Source: Octopus sinensis
Lineage: Eukaryota
Direction: 5' to 3'
NCBI RefSeq assembly: GCF_006345805.1
Contig: NW_021834155.1
Location: forward strand, 1 to 64,000
Length of the DNA: 64,000 bases
Part shown: in pieces, positions 26,137 to 39,482 of the stretch
Layout: each line of letters starts with the position of its first letter
Numbering within the stretch: position 1 is the first letter of the stretch
Made by a program: the position numbers and the translations under genes
The notes under the pieces: generated by a model
What the model was told of the DNA's origin: nothing
Database searches by the model: none
Seen by the model: only the letters and a program-made list of their open reading frames with translations

Positions 26137-27157
26137 AGTTCGATACCATGTCCTGCAGTTAAAGAAAACAACGAATGACAGATGAACTTATTTAAAATTA
26201 GTTTTTTGAATTCGCTGTAAGTCAGTCAGTTAAAATATAGTAGCTATAACTAGCTTATACAGAGTGACGTATAAAAAAAAGTCACTCGGGCTCCGTAGTA
26301 TACTGTAAATACAGAAATAAATTCACGAGTGTTGGAACGGAAGTAGCATTAGCAATGCTATTTGGAAGCCATGTGCAGTAATTTACGCGTTTGTTCTTGT
26401 CATCCGCTTTTAATCGTCGAGGTCAGCTTTATCTTTCATCCTTTTAGGAGTGGGAGTCAATAAAATAAAATACCAGTCATGTAATGAGGTCGATGTAATC
26501 GACTAATATCCGCCTCTAAAAATGACTGGCCTTGTTCCTTAATTAGAAACAATATTAGTTCAGTGTTGTTAGTGTAGTGCCGTCGTTTAACTCCCACGCC
26601 AACAGATCCTAGAGACCAATAATTTAAAGCATTCCAGCTGTCTTTTCTATCTCATCTTTTTGAACATAATGTGTCTAGGAATCCACTGATCAATGTGTCC
26701 TTTCATTTTTGGAATGATAGTGTGAAACGACGGAGATCTGACTGCTATTTCACAGAGGCCTTTCCATTGTTTCATTGGTGGAACATAAAATACAAGACAG
26801 CAGACACACCAAATAACTGCTGGACTGCTGGTGAGACGGAAAAACATATTATTGAAGTCTTTCTTGACATATTTTCATTTAACAAAATCCTTAAAAATTA
26901 ATATTTAATAATCGATTTCTAATCGATTGTTATTGAAATTGAATTAAATATGACATTCCGTTAAACGTCTTTGAGATAATCATTGTTAATTTGAAAGATC
27001 AAATGATATCGATACGCTTCGAATTTGATGACGATAAAGGGCATATGTGGTTTAGTCGATTGGACACCTGAATAATGATAGTTTTAATAAATTGTATGGG
27101 ACATCGAAGTTCCACCCACTCCTGCTATTTTTTTAACGTTTTGTGTACATATATATA

Positions 27158-27217
<60 letters not shown>

Positions 27218-27430
27218 TGTATGTATGTATGTATGTATGTATGTGTATGTGTATGTATGTATGATGTGTGGTGTATATCTATCTATCTTTCTCAGATAGA
27301 TAGATAGACAGACAGATTGATTGATAGATAGATAGATAAATAAATAGATAGATACACACACACCTATATATGTATATACATACATACATACATACATACG
27401 TACGTATGTACGTACGTACACGCACACATA

Positions 27431-27581
27431 TTCTTTTATTCTTTTATTTGCTTCAGTCATTTGACTGTGGCCATGCTGGAGCACTGCCAAATTGACCGCA
27501 GGGCTTATTCTTTGTAAGTTTTATTCTATCGGTCCTTTTTGCCGAACCGGGGACGTAAACACACCAACACCAACATCGGCT
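27431..27581 (-). mobile_element. SINE family A, 3' half
   Basis: Tail and 3' module match. Confidence 0.8.
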
Positions 27582-27617
27582 GTATGGGTGTATATTTAAT
27601 TTACTTTGTATTTCATA

Positions 27618-27727
27618 ATCTCCGAAGAGGCCTTGGGATATTTTGTGTCTCATTTATAACTACATATTAACCTATCACACAGCAAAATGAGACACCCATA
27701 TCTGCATGGCCGAAACAGCTGTAAGAT
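27618..27727 (+). ncRNA. Type I hammerhead motif with a long stem II and CCGAAGA core
   Basis: ATCT-CCGAAGA-GGCC..(gatat..tgtctcattt / aaatgagaca..atatc)..GGCC-GAAA-CAGCTGT-A-AGAT. Confidence 0.7.
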
Positions 27728-27937
27728 GTAGTTTATATTTATATTTATTTTTATTTTTATTTATATTCTCTTATACATATTGTACTTATTGTATCATATT
27801 ACTCCTTCATGTATACTGTTTTGTTCTATATTATTATGTTTGACCTTAATGTTCATATGTAGTGGTTTAATAAATTATGTGATGGGTATTATCTGGTATT
27901 TGATAATTGATTGGGATGTATTTCTCCATTTTCTTAT

Positions 27938-28007
<70 letters not shown>

Positions 28008-28030
28008 TGTGTGTGTGTGTGTGTGTGTTT

Positions 28031-28064
<34 letters not shown>

Positions 28065-28087
28065 GTGTATTTAAGTAGGTGAATATG

Positions 28088-28148
<61 letters not shown>

Positions 28149-28840
28149 TATATATATATTTATGTATATATGTGTATGTACACACAGACAGATACGTGCA
28201 CGCGCACACACACACGATTTTTTAATATATATATACTTCGTAACGTGAATCTAGTTTAGCCCTCTTAATTTGAGGCCATCCACCACATTACAAACAAGTC
28301 CGGTAGGTTTGCGTTCTGAATCCATGATCCGGCATCAATCTTGTCTCTTCATTTTCTTCCTCTGGGATCGATAAAACAAATAAACGAAGTCTGCTGACAA
28401 AAGTGAAACAGTATCGATCTTGTGATAAGAGTGCTGTCTACTAAGCGACCTGTCATCGAATGATATTTATTGCAGCCTGTGACCAGAGGCCTTGGACAAT
28501 TGCCCACTAGGTTAGCAACAGCAATAATAACAACAAGGACAACGATGACGATGACACCAACAACAACAACAACATCGATGACAGATGGCCAACAAGTAAT
28601 GATCTATAGGGTAGCGTAATTTGCTGAAAATAACAGCCAAATACCCTAAATTTGCATCTTACAAAGATGTCAAAGATGGGAGGCATTGGAACTTGTAGTC
28701 GAGTCATCCTTTAGGGATGGTCACAGCTGGAACGCCTTTGATCGCAAGTTTGCTTAATTATAGCAACAGGAGTTAAACTACAAACGAGAACTACAATACC
28801 ACCATCACAACCACTACCACTACCACTACTACTACTACTC

Positions 28841-28880
<40 letters not shown>

Positions 28881-29923
28881 AACTACTACTACTACTACTA
28901 CTACTACTATAGCTGCTGCTGCTGTTACTACTACTGCTATTAATACTGACAGTGAAAAGAACGCTAAAGTCTTCAATCATAACATTCTTGACCTCCCCCG
29001 AACGTCTGTTATGTTTTGGTATCGAAAATTATTTTCTCGTTTTCTTCCCGGCCCAGAAGGTATTAATCTCCTCTGAAAACTTGATTGAAAACGTTTATAA
29101 ATATCTGTCTATTGATCCAAGCGATTAACCACATGTTGACATAGTTTCTAAAATTGGATTCCATCTTCTAAAATGTCACCGATGCTTAGAAACCGAACTT
29201 GCTGTTGTTACAGAAGACGATGAATTAGTCTTTACGTGTGTATGAGATTATTTCTAGAATTTAATTAGCCACGCTCATCATCTTGATTGCATTCATTCTA
29301 AGCTGACCAACTGAATGAAAGTCACCAGGGGTCGTTGAATTCAACGGGAAGGGGTGAAGGCTGACGAACTAAGTATGATCGAAGCCTGTTGTCTCATGTT
29401 CGGTAAAGTAACTAAAAATATCTATTTCTTCTACGTAAAGTATCTTTCTAACGTAACACTTTTAGTCTGTTTAATTTCAATTTCTTGCGGATGCTCTGCA
29501 ACGTACCACCACTGATGCTTCTGGGGTCTTAAGTATTTTCGGGTCCCTCACCATCAGATCTTCTCACCTAGTTGACCCAGCTAAGTTGATAAAGTTCCAG
29601 CTTGCACCTACATTTCAATAAGAGCAAATCATGAGGCGGCACGTCAAGTGGCATTCTCTACAGCTTTGATGATAAAATGAATGGCCTCCGCTCTATGCCG
29701 CACCAATAATTTTCAACTCAGATCCTTACCTATCCAACAAAAACCCCGGCACTCTTACAGATCCAACAAAAACCCCGGCACCCTACTTCAGTTACCTTCC
29801 TCATCCATTTCAATGGACGTGGACATAAATGCCACTGGGTATTTTCTCTCTGGGTAATGTTTTTCTTTTAAGGAATTACAAAATGGTGGCAGTTTTGGTT
29901 CATCAGCGCAGCAAGTTACTGCA

Positions 29924-30159
29924 ACTCTTTACTCTCTCTTTTACTCTTTTACTTGTTTCAGTCATTTGACTGCGGCCATGCTGGAGCACCGCCTTTAATC
30001 GAGCAAATCGACCCCGGGACTTATTCTTTGTAAGCCCAGTACTTATTCTATCGGTCTCTTTTGCCGAACCGCTAAGTGACGGGGACGTAAACACACCAGC
30101 ATCGGTTGTCAAGCAATGCTAGGGGGACAAACACATACACACAAACATATATATATATA

Positions 30160-30253
<94 letters not shown>

Positions 30254-30396
30254 CATATATACGACGGGCCTCTTTCAGTTTCCGTCTACCAAATCCACTC
30301 ACAAGGCTTTGGTCGGCCCAAGGTGCCACGCAGTGGGACTGAACCCGGAACCATGTGGTTGGTAAACAAGCTACTTACCACACACCCACTCCTGCG
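29924..30396 (-). mobile_element. SINE family A, full length with an internal deletion
   Basis: Head, (TA)n centre, tail. Confidence 0.9.
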
Positions 30397-30689
30397 TGTA
30401 ATATGCTTTCAGATGGCCGCATGTTTTAACAGTCATAGATTTAGCACCTTTGGATTCTACCGTTTTGATTGATGCCATATCAAATATCAAAGGAACTTTG
30501 TCCGTATTTGCTATCTGTGAAAGATCAAAACTAATTTTTGTTTTCTTACTTTAGTCATATATCCTATAAAACTTTATGATTTTATCTTCGTATTCAAGAG
30601 GCATTTTGTGTGTAATTCTTGTAGATCTTGGTCTATTTCTATAAGTCTTGAATGGTGCATAATCCCTTAATGGATACTTAGTGAACTTC

Positions 30690-30935
30690 TGGTCTAATAA
30701 TGTTTTTAATCATCCTTCTGATCCAGGCCACTTTACAACTCCCCTCCAGAGACCATGTTTGCAACATATACCAGCTTTCAGCGGCCGCTCTTGTTTCCTT
30801 CAAGTCGCTACCATTTTCTTAGTTAATGGTGAACCAAAATACCGAACAGCTACCTTATAACCGTGCTTCTTTGCGTATTCTACGACATTTAGCTTAAATG
30901 TTTTAGCAGTGCTTTCTTTGAGCTCTTGTGAAGTT
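30690..30935 (-). mobile_element. pogo-type transposase N-terminal remnant (Brinker-like DNA-binding domain)
   Basis: FKLNVVEYAKKHGYKVAVRYFG..KMVAT*RKQ..KWPG resembles pogo N-termini. Confidence 0.55.
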
Positions 30936-31137
30936 TATCTTGAATAAACAACGTTTTGGGAGAATCACATCTTAATTTTATCGTCTTTCAGATCAACTGT
31001 TTGGTTGCTTATATTTTGGCCAAACTGGTATTGCTGGATGTAATGTTTTGTGTTACCAAGATCGGGCACCAGGATGGGGAACCATCGCTATAGTTTTGTT
31101 GTCAACCACTCCGAGCAAATGACTGCTAGGCGTCAAA

Positions 31138-31533
31138 TCTTTATATATAAAAGAGAAGTTGTGTGTCTGTCTCCTACGAGTTAGATTCCTAACTACTCCC
31201 ACATTTTGTGGTGCAGTTTAACCAAAACCGGGTATCTTATAGTCGTGATTCATATCGAGCCCTTCTGGGTATTAGCGCGCGTCTACGATGAGTCTACAAT
31301 TTTAAAAAAAATTACCATCATTTTTTTCCATTTTAATACATTTTTTCGCTATTATATAAGGGAAGTAACTCTCTAAAAATGTCTACGATGAGTCAACGAT
31401 TTAAAAAAAATTTACCATAATTTTTTTTCCATTTTTAATGCATATTTTTGCTATTTTTTGGCTATAACTCTCTAAAAATGCTTATATAGTTATTTCCCTT
31501 ACAAACCCGAGCAACGCCGGGCGATACTGCTAG
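31138..31533 (+). mobile_element. Non-autonomous Helitron
   Basis: A|TC start at 31138, hairpin 31506-31521, CTAG|T end at 31533, internal tandem duplication of an AT-rich unit. Confidence 0.92.
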
Positions 31534-32713
31534 TATTTATTAAAGGTAATAAATTCATTAAATAAACTAAGGTATGTACGCTGGGAAAAGTGGCACAGTG
31601 AGATGAGGTGTACTCCACACGTAACTGTCGACGTACCGTAAGCAATTTCTTTGTGTTAAAAGACTAATAGTTTGATACGTGTTCAATATTTTATTATTTG
31701 AATAAAATGTATATACCTAACGGACTCACGCTCTTTCGGTACTCCCTAACCTTTAGTACTCGGTTTCCCATCCGTAATACGGCTGCATTAGACGTTTTGA
31801 TACATTTAAGAACAAAATATAACAAAGGCAACAAAACAGAAAAAAGGTTTTTTTTATACAACAGCAAAACCGGAAGGTTTTAATATAAGGGAGATTTGGT
31901 TACTGTTTCTATAAAAGTAACTACGCGGTGGCTGCCTCGTGATGTAGACAACTATTGCTCATTACTGTATCATGGCCTTGGACACAGTCCAGCGCTGGTG
32001 ATACAAGTTAGCGATTATCCGTCTAGCACAATAAATCGATCAGCGGTAGAAATCAATGAAGCTAAACAGAACTGAACTTAAAATACTATATCTTCCATAA
32101 GTTTTTTAAAATACACATGTTAATATATGTTAATATATGTTAATTTATGTACATTTTGTACATTAGTAACAAGGCTTGCTAATTTACAAATGGACGAATT
32201 ATGCAGTGATACCCATGCTTCTTCAATGTTGACATGCATATTTATTTTTTTATTCGTCTGAAAGAAGTTGTTCTCCAACGATAGAATGCCACAGCGATTA
32301 GCAGATTCGCTTTCAAATCTGCGGGAATGTATTAAGAACGAATACGGATGTATCTTCTCGCTGCCCTCTGGGCACACTGTGATTATTATTGCAGCTATCA
32401 GCAAATAATTTATTGTCTAAATTCTATAAACAAGAGCTACAGTTCTTGTTAGATTCATTGGTTCAAGAGTAGCTTTGACTGAGGAGTCACAATAAGGTCG
32501 GAATAGCCCGATGTCACAAAGTCCTCTAACCTCTACGAATTGAGTGTGTTCTGAACATATATCGTCTGGAAGAAGTTATTTTCTGAATATGAAATACAAC
32601 AACGATTAGTATTTTCACGTTCGAATCCGCCTGAGCATATCAGAATGTAATATGGATGCAATCGTTTCGATTCTCGTTGTTTTCCGTGCACATGAAAGCT
32701 TTTTTATAATATA

Positions 32714-32785
32714 GCTCCAGCCGGGAATCGAACCTGATTCACATGGATTTCACGGATGTTCTCCAAATCGTTAAATAAAACGAGC
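32714..32785 (-). pseudogene. Degenerate 72-nt tRNA-like sequence
   Basis: GGTTCGATTCC falls at canonical positions 52-62; GCTC/GAGC outer acceptor pairs; D and anticodon arms do not fold well. Confidence 0.35.
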
Positions 32786-33456
32786 AGAAAATATATTTCT
32801 AATATGAATTAGTTTGTCTGTGTGCGTGTGGGTGTAGTGTATACATGTCTGTGTACGTAAGTACATGCTTATATGCGTGAGTGTGGGTGGTATAAGTAAT
32901 TTTTAATTACTCAGTCGGGGGCCAGCACGCACGAGACCATTTTCTGAGATTGTCAGGAGGAAAGGTAGATGTGTATAAGGAAGGGTTCGTTGGCCCAGAT
33001 GTAAAAACTACGATCATGTAGAAACACGTACAAGGAACAGCTAATTAACGCTGGAAAGCCTTGTGGCTGGCCGTTGTTCGTTGATCAGATCGGAAAGAAA
33101 AACCTTCGCGTAAGTTGATAACTTCATCCGATAACGAAACAATAATTAAGAACAACAAACAATAAAGAGATAAATCATTATTGTTTGGGGGAATGGGGAA
33201 TGGGGATAATCAGGGTTTCCAAGAAATAAGTATAATTAAGAAATTGTTACAGCATGGCCGCATAGAACTAGAGCGTGTTATCGTTAATGCTGTTGTTGTT
33301 GTTATTATAGTTGTTTAATCTCAGGTTAGCAATGATCGAATAGTCCTATACATAAAAGCACTCCAACCGTGACCACCATTCTTTTTCATTCACTTTTTAA
33401 GACTTATAATATGCAATGTGTCCTTCACTTTTTTTTTTAAACAAAGTGGAGTAATT

Positions 33457-33760
33457 GGGCCGACCAATGCCTTGTGAGTGGATTTGGTAGACGGAAACTG
33501 AAAGAAGCCTGTCGTATATATGTATATGTATATGTATATGTATGTGTGTGTTTGTGTGTCTGTGTTTGTCCCCCTAGCATTGCTTGACAAACGATGCTGG
33601 TGTGTTTACGTCCCCGTCACTTAGCGGTTCGGCAGAAGAGACCGATAGAATAAGTACTGGGCTTACAAAGAATAAGTCCCGGGGTCGATTTGCCCGACTA
33701 AAGGCGGTGCTCCAGCATGGCCGCAGTCAAATGACTGAAACAAGTAAAAGAGTAAAAGAG
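33457..33760 (+). mobile_element. SINE family A, 5'-truncated
   Basis: Begins at gggccgaccaatgcc. Confidence 0.9.
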
Positions 33761-34543
33761 TAATTTGAAAGAGATTTGGTTCCTATGTCGAGCAGGATAA
33801 GCCATGGTTATTGTCGGTTGTCCTGACCTCATTACTTCACAGGCGTTTCTGTTGTTTATTTCTTTCTCAACCTCAGGAAAATGAAAGGCAAAGTTGACTC
33901 TGGTGGTATTCGATTGTAGAAAAATAAGCGTAAATACACTGAGTCAGCTCACAGCATCTACTGACCAGATTGTGGGATGCGTGTATTTCGGAGTGGTTAT
34001 CTCCTCTTCAGTAACAGAAACCGGAAATGTAGGCACTGTGAACTGACATGAGATACACGTTCCTCTTATGATATTTCTGTCATCGTTCAACGGCTGAATT
34101 CAGTGGTTCTCCGTAATTAAAATACGAGGCGACAATATTAAGTAGTGTTGTGTTTGAATACAAACCTGTTACCAGGTCAAATATGCTTGAGGCATATGCA
34201 AACCCGTTAGAAAGCTATTCACAGTATTTTGTTATGGAGAAAATTTCTCCTTGTAGACAAATGAAAGTAAATACACCAAATCATTTCTTGAACTGGTAAC
34301 AAGTTTGTTATTGTCCAAAAGAATTATTACAATTTCACGCTTTTAACGACGATACTGTTCACTTTTGGTGGCGCCAGCAGCGAACGGTTGTTGGGAATAG
34401 TGAGCGAACGTTGAAGACAGTGACGAAAACAAAAGACATACGTTGCAGGTGTGAACATAAATATTTCCATAGTCATTGGCTTATTCATTTTTACCTTAGA
34501 TCTTTAAATCGGACGTTATTTTTGCACCAACCTGATATATATA

Positions 34544-34948
34544 GGCGCAGGAGTGGCTGTGTGGTAAGTAGTTTGCTAACCAACCACATGGTCCGGGTTC
34601 AGTCCCACTGCGTGGCATCTTGGGCAAGTGTCTTCTGTTGTAGCCTCGGGCCGACCAATGCCTTGTGAGTGGGATTGGTAGACGGAAACTGAAAGAAGCC
34701 TGTCGTATATATGTATATGTATAGTATATGTATGTGTGTGTTTGTGTGTCTGTGTTTGTCCCCCTAGCATTGCTTGACAAACGATGCTGGTGTGTTTACG
34801 TCCCCGTCACTTAGCGGTTCGGCAGAAGAGACCGATAGAATAAGTACTGGGCTTACAAAGATAAGTCCCGGGGTCGATTTGCCCGACTAAAGGCGGGCTC
34901 CAGCATGGCCGCAGTCAAATGACTGAAACAAGTAAAAGAGTAAAAGAG
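34544..34948 (+). mobile_element. SINE family A, chimeric copy at the duplication junction
   Basis: 5' part matches 35729-35833, 3' part matches 33457-33760. Confidence 0.9.
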
Positions 34949-35728
34949 TAATTTGAAAGAGATTTGGTTCCTATGTCGAGCAGGATAAGCCATGGTTATT
35001 GTCGGTTTGTCCTGACCTCATTACTTCACAGGCGTTTCTGTTGTTTATTTCTTTCTCAACCTCAGGAAAATGAAAGGCAAAGTTGACTCTTGTGGTATTC
35101 GATTGTAGAAAAATAACGTAATACACTGAGTCAGCTCACAGCATCTACTGACCAGATTGTGGGATGCGTGTATTTCGGAGTGGTTATCTCCTCTCAGTAA
35201 CAGAAACCGGAAATGTAGGCACTGTGAACTGACATGAGATACACGTTCCTCTTATGATATTTCTGTCATCGTTCAACGGCTGAATTCAGTGGTTCTCCAT
35301 AATTAAATACGAGGCGACAATATTAAGTAGTGTTGTGTTTGAATACAAACCTGTGACCAGGTCAAATATGCTTGAGGCATATGCAAACCCGTTAGAAAGC
35401 TATTCACAGTATTTTGTTATGGAGAAAATTTCTCCTTGTAGACAAATGAAAGTAAATACACCAAATCATTTCTTGAACTGGTAACAAGTTTGTTATTGTC
35501 CAAAAGAATTATTACAATTTCACGCTTTTAACGACGATACTGTTCACTTTTGGTGGCGCCAGCAGCGAACGGTTGTTGGGAATAGTGAGCGAACGTTGAA
35601 GACAGTGACGAAAACAAAAGACATACGTTGCAGGTGTGAACATAAATATTTCCATAGTCATTGGCTTATTCATTTTTACCTTAGATCTTTAAATCGGACG
35701 TTATTTTTGCACCAACCTGATATATATA

Positions 35729-36135
35729 GGCGCAGGAGTGGCTGTGTGGTAAGTAGTTTGCTAACCAACCACATGGTTCCGGGTTCAGTCCCACTGCGTG
35801 GCATCTTGGGAAAGTGTCTTCTGTTGTAGCCTCGGGCCGACCAATGCCTTGAGTGGATTTGGTAGACGGAAACTGAAAGAAGCCCGTCGTATATATGTAT
35901 ATATATACATATATGTGTGTGTATGTTTGTGTGTCTGTGTTTGTCCCCCTAGCATTGCTTGACAACGATGCTGGTGTGTTTATGTCCCCGTCACTTAGCG
36001 GTTCGGCAAAAGAGACCGATAGAATAAGTACTGGGCTTACAAAGAATAAGTCCCGGGGTCGATTTGCTCGATTAAAGGCGGTGCTCCAGCATGGCCGCAG
36101 TCAAATGACTGAAACAAGTAAAAGAGTAAAAGAAT
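35729..36135 (+). mobile_element. SINE family A, full length
   Basis: Head to tail match. Confidence 0.92.
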
Positions 36136-36285
36136 AGAGTATATAATAGTGCCCACTGAATTGTGACGTAATCCGGATTATAAATTCATATTTACACTTA
36201 TTAATGTAGTAATATGCCATGGTAATGAATGTTTCGGCTAGTTCTCAAGAAAAGAACTGACCAGCTTATCCACACTTTACAAATA

Positions 36286-36811
36286 CCGTAAATCCTTGAG
36301 TATAATCCGCATTTTTCCCCAAAATTTAAAGGTCAAAATCCCTAGTGCATACTATATACAAGATTAAAAATAAACAATATTTTCTAAGCAATGTCCGAGT
36401 CTCTATTTGCTGTCCGGCAATGTTAATTCAGACGCATTTTGTGATGTCGGGCGAAAAAATACTTTTAAGCTAAGCCTGAAAGCAATGAAGTCATAAAAGA
36501 ATCATCCATAACTTGCAGTAAGCAACATTTATTAAAATAAAACTATTCAGAATAGAGAATAATATGTAACAAAAACAATTTGCAAACATATTTACATTCC
36601 CATATAACAGTTAAGAACATCACCATTATTGTATTACGCATGCGCGGAAGTGTTTGTTCGACTAGGTGCTGCTGGCTTAATTACGCACGACTCAAGTTAG
36701 TATTATGCCGGTTTAGTATTATGCACAAGGTTTTGGTTTTTCAGAAGTACAGCCCCCTAAAAATCCCCTGCGCATTATACTCAAGGGCGGACTATACTCG
36801 AGGATTTACGG
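36286..36811. mobile_element. Tc1/pogo-type MITE
   Basis: TIRs ccgtaaatccttgagtataatccgc / gcggactatactcgaggatttacgg; TA at 36284-36285 and 36812-36813. Confidence 0.88.
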
Positions 36812-37419
36812 TACTAATAATTCAGAAGAACAGTAAAAATATACGAGTCTTTTCTAAAGTTTGGTATTTAACGGTTCGTATTTCACTTGGTTCTTTATTT
36901 ACAAATGTTTGGGATTTTTTGGCTTTTACTTTCTTTTTTTGAGAATTCAATCATTATAAATGAAGGATAGCATAAATACACATGTTCGTACACATTGCTT
37001 ACAAGCATGGATATATACATGCAAGCAAATTGCATAAAAAATATGAACGTATATAGTTACATATGAAAGGATACATTCATATACATAAACATATATGCAT
37101 ACAAGCATGCAAACATACAAGCATGCAAACATACAAGCATGCAAACATACATGCATGCAAACATACATACATACATACATACATACATACATACATACAT
37201 ACATACATACATACATACATGGTGGCTGCCCCCTCGTTATCAAGTATGGCTATTGCACGAAGCTTAATCAATGTTGTTATCGTGCAATACCTGTGCAAGA
37301 AGATTTTTTTAAGTGAGGAAAGGCTGTGCCACGAGTCAATCCCACTCACTAAGCAACAGCAGCCATAATCCGAAAAGAAGAACAAGTCAACATCATCGGT
37401 AACCACTGAGCCGCAGGTT

Positions 37420-37770
37420 TTATGTTGGAGTTATCCAAATTACCTGAGTTACCTTCTCCTAGAAGTATGCCCTAACAAAGGCTAGGAGTCCTTCACTCCC
37501 AATGGTTTAACCGCGCGATCGGGTATTCAGTCCGATTATTTCTATGTCCCCGCGCATGATACAGCCTTAAGACATTTATTGGATGGCCGTTGACTCTCAA
37601 GAGTTCCTCCGCCCTTTGACGTGACGGGTTTTGTTTTTCATCCCGCAGGGTGTCCAATAAACACCCTCCTCACCAAGCAAGCTTGGTGGCGTTGCCGGTT
37701 TAGTCGCCGACGACCCGGCCATGCAACAGGTTGTACTGGGTTACACGTTACCAGTAGCACTCGAAAGTCA
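37420..37770 (+). mobile_element. Possible RTE 5'-UTR-derived repeat
   Basis: gttaccttctcctag..aaggctaggagtcc resembles RTE 5' UTR motifs as I recall them. Confidence 0.3.
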
Positions 37771-37781
37771 CCTGACATACA

Positions 37782-37815
<34 letters not shown>

Positions 37816-38019
37816 CATACATAGATATACATATACATACATACATATATACATACATTCATACATACATGCAAACATACATACATATACATATACATAC
37901 ATACATACATACATAAATACATGCAAACATACATACATACATACATATACATATACATACATACATACATACATACATATATGTATATGCATACACATGT
38001 ATAGATACATATATATATG

Positions 38020-38055
<36 letters not shown>

Positions 38056-38266
38056 CACATATATGTATATACATACATATATATACACACACACACACAC
38101 ATATATATATACATATATATATAAATAGAGAGAGAGAGACACACACACACACGTACCTGTATTGCATTCTTTGTTGTCTTAATTACTGCCTTGTTAGATC
38201 CTGTTGCAACATGTTATTACTTGTCACATACAAGACTCTTTCTTCTCCCCCCGTTTTCACTTCCTT

Positions 38267-38303
<37 letters not shown>

Positions 38304-39036
38304 TTGTCCCTCTTTACTTCGGGATGATGGCGGGGTCGGGTGGCCTGACGAATTTGGACAAGAGAGGGGAGAGCAACGTGTGTGCAAATGTGAGAAAGAG
38401 AGTGATGAGCTTATGTCGTCGGAGGGAGGGAGGGAGGGATAGTAAGAGGATGGCGATGGCAGATGACAGAAAAGGGATATTTGCCATAACAACAACAACA
38501 ACACAACAAAATGTAACAGCAACAACCACGACAATAACAAAAATAATAAATACAATAACATCAATAAATACAACCACAACAACTGCAATAAGACAACTTG
38601 TGGATGGAAATGAAAATGAAATGCAACTTCTAATTTACTTAAGGTGATGGGTATGTAGGTAGCTGAAAGGTTGGGTGGAAGGTGGTTTGGTTTGGGAGTG
38701 GGGTAGAGGAAGTGGTTGCTAGGGTGGGGTGGTCACTGGAGAGTTGTTGGGCAATATGGGGACGAGTTCTGCAAGATTAGTTCCAACAACTCGTCGTTGT
38801 ATTTTACTAGCTGAATTTTACCCTTCAACCCTATCCCCGCCCCGCAACATCCATACTTATCCCCACCCCACCTCGTACACACACATATTCAAACATGCGT
38901 GCGCACGCACACACGTACACAGTCAACAACAGACCCACTACGAGGTCCATCGATCCACTAGAAACAGGGCCCGAATAAAACCCATAGAGGCCGTAAGCAT
39001 TTAAAAGATTTTGGTACCACCATATTGGTAATTCGT

Positions 39037-39238
39037 GGAGGCGCAATGGCCCAGTGGTAAGGGCAGCGAACTCGCGGTCGAAGGATCGCGGTTTCGATTC
39101 CCAGACCGGGCGTTGTGTGTGTTTATTGAACGAAAACACTTAAAAGCTTTACGAGGCTCCGGCAGGGTGTGGTGGTGACCCCTGTTGTACTCTTTCGCCA
39201 CAACTTTCTCTCTCTCTCTCTCTCTTCCTGTTTCTTGA
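39037..39238 (+). mobile_element. SINE family C, 5' half
   Basis: Match to 25755-26136. Confidence 0.88.
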
Positions 39239-39438
39239 GTAACGCTGCGATGGACTGGCGTCATGTCCAACTTGGGGGAACACATACGCCACAGAAATCG
39301 GGAAACAGGGCCCATGAGCCTGGCTAGGCTGGAAAAGGGCGACGTATATAGGTAATTTAAGATATAAACAATTAAAAAATCTTTATTTTTCAATATGAAA
39401 CAAAACTAAGAGTAAAATGGAAAATAATACAGTTCTAT

Positions 39439-39482
39439 ACACCTGAAGACGGCTGGAGGGTATATCAGCCGAAACGTTGTGT
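39439..39482 (+). ncRNA. Minimal type I hammerhead ribozyme motif
   Basis: ACAC-CTGAAGA-c-GGCTG(gagggtatat)CAGCC-GAAA-CGT-T-GTGT. Confidence 0.78.

Larger units (their letters stand above)
33457..35850 (+). repeat. Tandem duplication, units 33457-34647 (1191 bp) and 34648-35833 (1186 bp)
   Basis: About 780 bp of unique flank is repeated between three family A SINEs. Confidence 0.95.
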
